Below, in pieces: positions 19,477 to 25,828 of a stretch of 32,000 nucleotides of DNA. Location: assembly GCA_965219535.1 (NCBI GenBank), contig CBDCNV010000001.1, positions 1,530,001 to 1,562,000 on the forward strand. The letters run 5' to 3'. How positions within the stretch are numbered: the stretch's first letter is position 1; each line of letters starts with the position of its first letter. The notes under the pieces were generated by a model. It saw only the letters and a program-made list of their open reading frames with translations, was not told the DNA's origin and ran no database searches. Source of the stretch: Opitutales bacterium (GTDB taxonomy: Bacteria; Verrucomicrobiota; Verrucomicrobiia; Opitutales; PNEW01). The position numbers were made by a program, and so were the translations under genes.

Positions 19477-20748
19477 ATGCAGAGCGAAAATTTTAGTAAT
19501 CCGAATAAAATGTTTAGCGGTCAGGTAAATGATGAAACGATCCGGATAAAAATCGTCGGTATTGGCGGAGCTGGTAATAACGCAGTTGACCGAATTAAAC
19601 TGGATCACCTCGATAAAGTTGATCTCGCGGTAGTAAATACTGACAGCAAAGTTTTAAGTAATTCACTACTCGAGGAAAAGGTGATGATCGGACGTGAGAT
19701 CACCCGGGGCCTCAGTGCTGGCGGTGATGTCGATATCGGTAAGCGTGCGGCAGAATCCGATCGCGATCAATTGCTTCAGCTCGTTAATGGAATTGACCTT
19801 GTTTTTATAATCGCTGGTTTGGGGGGAGGAACGGGGAGTGGAGCGGCACCTGTTCTCGCAGAGATAGCTGCCAATCAGGAAGCTTTGGTTATCGCTTTTG
19901 TTACCTTACCATTTACGAATGAAGGCATTCGCAGGCATAATCAAGCAGAGGAGAGCCTCGCGCAACTGAGGGATTTATGCCATGCAGTTGTTCCCTTACC
20001 TAATGATATTCTCCTGCAGCAGGTTGACGAAAACGCCACCGTCCTCGACGCATTTACCCTCGCAGATGAATGGATATATCGTGGGGTGCATTCCATTTGG
20101 TCGATGATAAAAAAGACCGGTCTTATCAATGTCGATTTTGCTACCTTGAGAAACGCGTTTGAGAACAGGGGGGGGAAGACCCTTTTTGGTCTGGGATATG
20201 GTGAAGGTGAAAATTATGTCGATAAAGCGTTCGATGATCTAAAACTCTGCCCTTTATTACATACACCTGAATTTTCAAAACGCGCAGATTCACTCATTGT
20301 AAACGTTTATGGTGGGACTGATCTTACAATGAACAAAGTCAATGAGATTATGACGGTTATCGGGGATCAATTCGGGAGCAAAGAAAATATCGTATTAGGA
20401 GCTTATATTGATGAGAGCATGCAACAGAAGCTGAGTATTACCGTATTGGGTACGACAAATCTGGACGGTATAAGAAGACGTTACCCCTCAGTAAAACCTG
20501 CTTTCGAGCCCGTGAAACAAGCCCAGAATCCAGCGTCAACAAAACACAAAGAAGAGCATTATTTACCTGCTGTTCATGAATCGAAAATTATGGATCAATA
20601 TGATAGAAAAAATAGTCAGGAGGAATTTATGTTCTCGAGCAATGAGGAACAGAGGGGGTATTTTAATAAAACAGATCGTAATTTCTATGAAGGCGAAGAT
20701 CTTGATGTACCGACCTATCTCCGGCGTGGAATTAAAATAAATTTGTGA
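19477..20748 (+). CDS. ftsZ: cell division GTPase FtsZ
   Basis: It has the tubulin signature GGGTGSGAAPV, GIGGAGNNAV, an NTD T7-loop region, a long disordered linker and the conserved C-terminal peptide DLDVPTYLRRG. Confidence 0.97.
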   Translation: MQSENFSNPNKMFSGQVNDETIRIKIVGIGGAGNNAVDRIKLDHLDKVDLAVVNTDSKVLSNSLLEEKVMIGREITRGLSAGGDVDIGKRAAESDRDQLLQLVNGIDLVFIIAGLGGGTGSGAAPVLAEIAANQEALVIAFVTLPFTNEGIRRHNQAEESLAQLRDLCHAVVPLPNDILLQQVDENATVLDAFTLADEWIYRGVHSIWSMIKKTGLINVDFATLRNAFENRGGKTLFGLGYGEGENYVDKAFDDLKLCPLLHTPEFSKRADSLIVNVYGGTDLTMNKVNEIMTVIGDQFGSKENIVLGAYIDESMQQKLSITVLGTTNLDGIRRRYPSVKPAFEPVKQAQNPASTKHKEEHYLPAVHESKIMDQYDRKNSQEEFMFSSNEEQRGYFNKTDRNFYEGEDLDVPTYLRRGIKINL

Positions 20749-20821
20749 TCAAAATAAATGCATAATGTTTTTCATTCATTTTCATTGAAATCTTTCAACT
20801 TCCGCATCTAAATCTGGTGGT

Positions 20822-21064
20822 GTGAAAGTCATCGTTTACGTTACCCCCAAAAAGAATGTCCTCGATCCCCAGGGATCTGCGGTCGGGCAGGCAATGAAAA
20901 GCCTCGGCTATGATCAGGCAGAAAATGTCCGTGTTGGAAAAACAATAGAATTTCAAATTCAGGGTGAGGACACACCTGATTTCCGCGCTTCGCTTGATAA
21001 ACTCTGTTTTGACTTATTAAGTAACCCGATTATCGAGGATTATCGTTACGAATTAGCTGATTAG
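20822..21064 (+). CDS. purS: phosphoribosylformylglycinamidine synthase subunit PurS
   Basis: 80 aa, GTG start preceded by GGTGG. The sequence VYVTPKKNVLDPQGSAVGQAMKSLGY....VRVGK is the typical PurS fold sequence. No purQ or purL is adjacent. Confidence 0.85.
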   Translation: MKVIVYVTPKKNVLDPQGSAVGQAMKSLGYDQAENVRVGKTIEFQIQGEDTPDFRASLDKLCFDLLSNPIIEDYRYELAD

Positions 21065-21111
21065 TAACGGGGCTAAAGTTAGTTTTCAGAATAGAACCGA
21101 CCCCCTAATTT

Positions 21112-21345
21112 CCTCATCTTCGTCTTCGTCTGCCTCATCGTCTTCGTCCAAAATAATTTCCGACAATATTTCGTCGCGTAATTTGCATCCGATGGTGGAA
21201 CACTTTGCCTGACGGCCATAGGCTATGCAACGGCTGTTTCCGAGCGCGTTTGATTCTGTCGTAATTTAAGAAGCGTGCTAGGGACAGCCCGCTCCACCTT
21301 AAATAGCTCATAGGACGAAGAGACAGACGAAGACGATGACGAAGC
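21112..21345 (+). promoter_or_regulatory. structured leader/element: ~165-nt core bracketed by inverted arrays of the heptamer CTTCGTC (left x3) and GACGAAG (right x3); the right arm covers the ATG at 21336
   Basis: Read directly. CTTCGTC occurs at 21118, 21124 and 21142. GACGAAG occurs at 21314, 21328 and 21338. A perfect 14-bp complement exists between 21135-21148 (TCATCGTCTTCGTC) and 21328-21341. Internal helices are possible: GGTGGA 21194-21199 / TCCACC 21293-21298; GGCTGT 21232-21237 / ACAGCC 21284-21289; AGCGCG 21243-21248 / CGTGCT 21274-21279. It matches no RNA family I can recognise. Confidence 0.35.
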
Positions 21346-22475
21346 TTATTATTAACGAGGCGGGTTCAGTTCTCGACAATAAAGCTTTACTTGCGGTCTC
21401 GACAGTTTTTACCCTTAGCAAGGTGAGTAAACTTGAAGGTATATTTGTCCCTAATATCGTTCCTTTTGATGAAGAGGGAAAAATAAATGAAGATGAATTG
21501 CGTCGCCAAACTAACTGGTTGATTGATAAGGGAGTCTCCGGTCTTTATCCCAATGGGAGTTCGGGTGAATTCATTCGGCTCAGTTTCGAAGAGCGTAAGC
21601 GAATTATCGCAATTATGAGCAGTGAGGTGAGGGGGCGAGTGCCTATTCTCGCAGGGGGTGCTGAAGCAAATCTGGATATGATTCTTGAGGCCTGTAAAAC
21701 CTACGCTGATTATGGTTGTTCTGCCGTTTCTATTACTGGTCCTTATTATTACAATGTAAGCCAGGAAAGTATTGAGGAACTTTTTCGAGAGATTGCTGCT
21801 AAATCACCAATAGGGATCGTCATGTATAATATCCCCCAGTTTTCCAATGAAATCAGTGTACCGGTGGTTAAGCGTTTGGCCTTGGATTGTCCCAATATTG
21901 TCGGGATTAAAGACAGCAGCCGCGATATGCCGCGTTTTATTAATACCCTGAATGAAATTAAACCCCAACGTCCTGATTTCAGTGTTCTCGTAGGTTGTGA
22001 GGAAATACTATTTTCCACACTGATGATGGGAGGCGATGGGGGGACAATAGCAACCTCTGGAGTTGTCCCAGAGGCAGTAATGAAGCTCTATAATTGTTTT
22101 CTCTCGGGAGATCTGGACGAAGCAAAGCGGATTCAGTTTAAGCTTTTAGATCTCATTAACACAATGCTTTATGCTCCCGATTTTCCCCATGGATTTCGCA
22201 TCGGCTACGAATTAAGAGGATTCAATATGGGCAGTTCCCGTTACGTGCTTTCGCCGCGTGAGAAAGTGGAGTTGGATAATATCCGTTCAAAAGTTGCCTG
22301 CCTGCTCACGGAATGTGGTTTCGAAGAAGCGGCGAATAAGTGTCATATGCCAAGGGCAGATCTCGCACAACCATATAAAGGCACAACATTGGCAGACAAA
22401 CAGCCCTCTAGGGGAAAGACCGTTGACGTGGACAAAATAGTAGACGAGGTACTACGGAGTCTTGGTAAGAAATAA
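21336..22475 (+). CDS. DHDPS/N-acetylneuraminate-lyase-family class I (Schiff-base) pyruvate aldolase with a 50-aa C-terminal extension (linker plus amphipathic helix); N-terminal start ambiguous (ATG 21336 or GTG 21423)
   Basis: Family motifs are present: NGSSGEF (GxxGE), MYNIP (YN.P tyrosine) and VGIKDSS (Schiff-base lysine). The canonical N-terminus SKLEGIFVPNIVPFDEEGKINEDEL begins at the GTG at 21423. The family is normally ~290-300 aa; this ORF is 379 aa. The tail is EEAANKCHMPRADLAQPYKGTTLADKQPSRGKT-VDVDKIVDEVLRSLGKK. Confidence 0.85.
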   Translation: MTKLIINEAGSVLDNKALLAVSTVFTLSKVSKLEGIFVPNIVPFDEEGKINEDELRRQTNWLIDKGVSGLYPNGSSGEFIRLSFEERKRIIAIMSSEVRGRVPILAGGAEANLDMILEACKTYADYGCSAVSITGPYYYNVSQESIEELFREIAAKSPIGIVMYNIPQFSNEISVPVVKRLALDCPNIVGIKDSSRDMPRFINTLNEIKPQRPDFSVLVGCEEILFSTLMMGGDGGTIATSGVVPEAVMKLYNCFLSGDLDEAKRIQFKLLDLINTMLYAPDFPHGFRIGYELRGFNMGSSRYVLSPREKVELDNIRSKVACLLTECGFEEAANKCHMPRADLAQPYKGTTLADKQPSRGKTVDVDKIVDEVLRSLGKK

Positions 22476-22498
22476 ATCCCGCCTAAAATAATTATAAC

Positions 22499-23140
22499 AT
22501 GGCAAAAACCTCTGAAGCGATCACCGCCTTGGGCTTTGCCGAGGTTCCTTTCTGGAGTATTGGCGCGGTGGTGGCAGATACGATGGTTAAAGAGGCCAGG
22601 GTGACGCTGCTGGGGTTAGATACTACCGCCCTTGAAAATATCTTAATCCGCGTTGCCGGTGATGTATCAGATGTCAAATCCTCACTGCAAACCGCGATCG
22701 ATTTTGGCCGTGAACTGGGGGTAGAAGTAATTATCGGTGTTATTCCTTCTCCGGAGAGTGGATTTGATAAGGCGGTTAATTACCCCAATGCCATCAATCC
22801 TATTTATGGGGCACGTGAACAATTTTTACCAAGCGATTATAAAATAACACAGAAACAAAATATGAATGATAATCAACATGCATTAGGATTCCTGGAAACG
22901 CAGGGGCTTGTCGCGGTTTTAGAAGCAACGGATGCGATGCTCAAATCCGCAAATGTCACCCTTGTGGGAAAAGAAAAAATTGGGGCTGCTTATGTCACCG
23001 TGGTAGTAAAGGGTGACGTTGCGGCGGTCACCGCGGCGGTTGACGCCGGTAAAGAAGCGGTTAATGGATTAGGTACCCTTATCGCTTCACATGTAATTGC
23101 GCGACCCCATGCTGATCTTGCTGCGCTTCTTCCCGCTTAA
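22499..23140 (+). CDS. bacterial microcompartment shell protein, tandem BMC-domain (BMC-T type)
   Basis: Two Pfam00936-like domains sit in one 213-aa ORF. Domain 1 is ALGFAEVPFWSIGAVVADTMVKEARVTLLGL...IRVAGDVSDVKSSLQTA. Domain 2 is ALGFLETQGLVAVLEATDAMLKSANVTLVGKEKIGAAYVTVVVKGDVAAVTAAVDAGKEA (near-consensus). There are no cysteines. It starts 23 nt after the aldolase stop. Confidence 0.9.
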   Translation: MAKTSEAITALGFAEVPFWSIGAVVADTMVKEARVTLLGLDTTALENILIRVAGDVSDVKSSLQTAIDFGRELGVEVIIGVIPSPESGFDKAVNYPNAINPIYGAREQFLPSDYKITQKQNMNDNQHALGFLETQGLVAVLEATDAMLKSANVTLVGKEKIGAAYVTVVVKGDVAAVTAAVDAGKEAVNGLGTLIASHVIARPHADLAALLPA

Positions 23141-23248
23141 TCACTTTGTTCATAAAAGAGATATTCTCATTAGTAGAATAGCATCGTGAGGTACTGTTTT
23201 TATTGTTGTTGAGATTATTTTTTAGATGATCGATGCAGCTGTCTCGTA

Positions 23249-24403
23249 ATGATTAAACATATTTTTTCGGTAATAGTCATCTCTGTTTTATTTATAACCA
23301 GTAGTCCAATGAAAGAGAAAATATCAATGAATCAGACTGATCTCTATGTAAGTGGCAGTGAAGGCTATCACACATACCGTATCCCCGCATTGCTCGTATC
23401 AAAAAAAGATACAGTGTTGGCGTTTTGCGAAGGGCGTAAAACGGGTCAAAGCGATACTGGAGATATTGATATGCTCGTCAGATGTTCTGAAGACGGCGGT
23501 AAAACCTGGAGTAAACAAGAGGTAATCTGGGATGATGCGGCGAATGTCTGTGGCAATCCCTGTCCGGTTTTAGATGAAGAGACGGGTAAAATCTGGCTCT
23601 TAATGACCTGGAATCTTGGGACTGATTGTGAGAGCGAGATCATCGCCCAAACAAGCGATGATACGCGGCGAATTTATGTAACTTCCTCCCGTGACGATGG
23701 TTTGACTTGGGAAACGCCAAAAGAGATCACGTCATCGGTTAAGGAACCTGGGTGGACATGGTATGCAACTGGACCCTGTACGGGAATTCAGATTCAAGAG
23801 GGAAAATATAAAGGACGTCTTATCATACCCTGTGACCACATAGAAGCTGGGACGAAGAAATACTATTCCCATGTAATTTATTCGGAAGATCATGGTGAGT
23901 CGTGGGAATTAGGGGGAAGGACACCGGTTGACCAGGTGAATGAATGCCAGGCGGTGGAACTTGCGGACGGTAGTATTATGCTCAATATGCGTAATTACGA
24001 TCGAAGCAAACATACGCGCGCCGTTTCTATAAGTCATGATGGCGGCATAACGTGGGGTCCGCTAAACCGGGATCCTGCACTCATTGAACCAATTTGTCAG
24101 GGGAGTATTATTCGTTACACGCATGGTGCTCACGCAGATAAAAACCGAATCCTTTTTAGTAATCCCGCCAGTAAAACAGATCGGGAGAGAATGACCGTTA
24201 GGCTCAGTTACGACGAGGGTAAAACCTGGGCGGCATCAAAATTACTCCATGAGGGCCCTTCAGCTTATTCTGATCTTGCGGTTTTACCTCAGTGTGAAAT
24301 TGCCTGTTTTTATGAACGCGGGGAAACTCACCCTTACGAGAAAATCACTTTGGCCATCCTGGATCTATCCTCGTTGACGGATGGAGAGGATGTTCTCAAA
24401 TAG
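23249..24403 (+). CDS. exo-alpha-sialidase (GH33, BNR/Asp-box beta-propeller), probable signal peptide
   Basis: It has the YRIP (RIP) motif and FCEGRK. Five Asp-boxes are present: SEDGGKTWS, SRDDGLTWE, SEDHGESWE, SHDGGITWG, SYDEGKTWA. The C-terminal YSDL....FYERG contains the nucleophile Tyr/Glu region. The N-terminus MIKHIFSVIVISVLFITSSP is signal-peptide-like. Confidence 0.9.
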   Translation: MIKHIFSVIVISVLFITSSPMKEKISMNQTDLYVSGSEGYHTYRIPALLVSKKDTVLAFCEGRKTGQSDTGDIDMLVRCSEDGGKTWSKQEVIWDDAANVCGNPCPVLDEETGKIWLLMTWNLGTDCESEIIAQTSDDTRRIYVTSSRDDGLTWETPKEITSSVKEPGWTWYATGPCTGIQIQEGKYKGRLIIPCDHIEAGTKKYYSHVIYSEDHGESWELGGRTPVDQVNECQAVELADGSIMLNMRNYDRSKHTRAVSISHDGGITWGPLNRDPALIEPICQGSIIRYTHGAHADKNRILFSNPASKTDRERMTVRLSYDEGKTWAASKLLHEGPSAYSDLAVLPQCEIACFYERGETHPYEKITLAILDLSSLTDGEDVLK

Positions 24404-24407
24404 CGTC

Positions 24408-25439
24408 ATGGCCAGAATCAATGATCATCGCGAGTATTCACAAGGTAAAGTACCGTTGATTGATGTCGAGGGGACGGCCTTCGAATGCGGTGTCATGCTC
24501 GGTTACGCCTGGCAGGAGTCTTTACAGCTTAGGGCAAGCCGGATTGTTCACGGTTCAATTCCGTGGTGGAAGAATAAAAAATTCAACCGGCTCATAAAAA
24601 AATTTACACCTCATATCCCTGATGTATTTCTTGGAATGGCAAAGGGTTCGGGATTAAATGAAAATCAGATAGGAACTATCGGTCACGTAGAAGATGACGG
24701 GTGCACTTCTTTTGCGATTCAACCATCCGCGTCCCTCGACGGCATCCCTATTTCGGGACAATCTAAGGACACCGACGCATTCCGACAGTTTCAATTTCAA
24801 GTACTGCGTCTGAAGATGAGTAACGCGCCATCGGCATTAACGCTTACCTACCCGGGGTGGCTTTTTGGGCACGGATTTGTTCAAGGTCGTTGTTCAATTT
24901 TTCGCAATGCACTCTACGTTGATAACCCCAAGGGCGACCTGCCTTATTCGGCTTGGGGATTGATTGCTTTGCACTGCTCGTGTGTCGATGAGGTTATAGA
25001 ATTCACAAAACAATATCGGATTGAATTATGTGCTCACTGTACTGTTGCCGATGGGAAGGGTGGAGTAGCGGGAATTGAAATCACACCCCATGGAATTGGT
25101 ATTCTTAAACCCAAGCGTGGAATATATACCCATGCGAATTGTGTTGTTTCAAATAAACGCTTCGCAAAGACGGAAAATTTCGGTCAATTTACGCGTGAAA
25201 ATTCGCTTATGCGTGAAAGCACACTACGTAAGAATCTGGAACCTAACAACGGTCGATTGACTGCGCAGTTAGTTTACTGCAGCTTTTGTAATTTCATTGA
25301 CTTTCCCGAAAGTATCGATCGTCACGCTGGCGATGACGCACTAACCACTTCCGTCGTCATCGCAGAGCCAACCCTAGGTAAATTGCATGTCACGCGTGGG
25401 GCCGCTTCACGTAATTGGCCGGAAACTTACAGTTTGTAA
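24408..25439 (+). CDS. peptidase C45 / acyl-CoA:6-aminopenicillanic-acid acyltransferase-family Ntn-hydrolase-fold protein
   Basis: It has a Gly-Cys self-processing/nucleophile context (VEDDGCTSFAI) about 100 aa from the N-terminus, with size and layout typical of the family. ATG 24408 lies 4 nt after the sialidase stop. The ORF is open from 24381. Confidence 0.7.
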   Translation: MARINDHREYSQGKVPLIDVEGTAFECGVMLGYAWQESLQLRASRIVHGSIPWWKNKKFNRLIKKFTPHIPDVFLGMAKGSGLNENQIGTIGHVEDDGCTSFAIQPSASLDGIPISGQSKDTDAFRQFQFQVLRLKMSNAPSALTLTYPGWLFGHGFVQGRCSIFRNALYVDNPKGDLPYSAWGLIALHCSCVDEVIEFTKQYRIELCAHCTVADGKGGVAGIEITPHGIGILKPKRGIYTHANCVVSNKRFAKTENFGQFTRENSLMRESTLRKNLEPNNGRLTAQLVYCSFCNFIDFPESIDRHAGDDALTTSVVIAEPTLGKLHVTRGAASRNWPETYSL

Positions 25440-25551
25440 GTGGAGATCAGCGATGCTTCTTCTTTGCGGTGCTACGGCGTAGTCCTCCCGCGATGGCTGG
25501 TAGGACGAAGATGGATCCCTGTCTAAACCCCAAAGGGGTGCAGGTAAATAG

Positions 25552-25571
25552 CCAGGGGTTTTAGCCCCTGG
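25552..25571 (+). terminator. hairpin downstream of the C45 gene (CCAGGGG-ttttag-CCCCTGG), weak U-tract
   Basis: A 7-bp GC-rich stem lies ~110 nt after the + strand stop at 25439 and is followed only by TT. It is a possible terminator or part of a repeat element. Confidence 0.3.
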
Positions 25572-25582
25572 TTAAGGGATTG

Positions 25583-25606
25583 AAAAAAAGCGCCCTGAAG
25601 GGGCGC
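25583..25606 (-). terminator. Rho-independent terminator for the minus-strand dehydrogenase operon
   Basis: On the minus strand it reads GCGCCC-cttca-GGGCGC followed by TTTTTTT (the A7 run at 25583-25589 on the + strand). It lies ~225 nt downstream of the E1beta stop. Confidence 0.6.
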
Positions 25607-25828
25607 AGGTAAAGAGGTAATATAATGTAGATAATTTAGATTCCGAATTTTAAAAAATGTTATACCTCCACCTCTTCAGGGCGGGGTGTTATGATTTGTT
25701 GTCCAGAGGTTTCGCTATGCTTCACCTCTGGCTACTCGCCGATGCTCCCTAAGGAGCAAAATTTAAATAGCCTGCCCCAGGATTTTCTGTCACCCCTCCG
25801 GGGCGTGATTTACCCTTCTCACACCCAC

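Larger units (their letters stand above)
25527..25613. repeat. two copies of a module: short GC hairpin followed by GCAGGTAAA (AAGGGGTGCAGGTAAA 25533-25548; AAGGGGCGCAGGTAAA 25598-25613)
   Basis: Read directly. The two copies share 15 of 16 identical bases and are 65 nt apart. Each overlaps a hairpin: ACCCC-aaa-GGGGT at 25527-25539, and GCGCCC-tgaag-GGGCGC at 25590-25606. Confidence 0.6.

Noticed and set aside
2342-20129. Numerous 60-116-aa antisense or off-frame ORFs inside dcw genes (for example 2342-2557, 3064-3375, 5398-5748, 8335-8613, 10204-10515, 11879-12193, 12487-12762, 13076-1330, 16036-16278, 18158-18521, 19941-20129)
   Set aside because: Each is fully nested in a strongly supported conserved gene on another frame or strand. 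None has a recognisable domain. They are the expected shadow ORFs of long coding regions.
21107-21265. Minus-strand reading frame through the left heptamer arm encoding an acidic run (...DEDDEADEDEDEEIRGSVLF*)
   Set aside because: The frame is closed by a stop at 21266-21268 and contains no ATG or GTG. Only a TTG would give ~26 aa. The acidic run is a by-product of the CTTCGTC repeats, so I treat the region as non-coding.
25541-25613. CAGGTAAA motifs resembling eukaryotic 5' splice sites or group-II-like boundaries
   Set aside because: The context is bacterial. There are no intron-encoded ORFs or domain V/VI-like structures nearby. The motif is better explained as part of a duplicated hairpin module.
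25657-25752. 31-codon ORF (MLYLHLFRAGCYDLLSRGFAMLHLWLLADAP) in the convergent spacer
   Set aside because: It has no SD sequence and overlaps the hairpins that better explain the sequence. Its composition is unremarkable and there is no basis to call it a gene.
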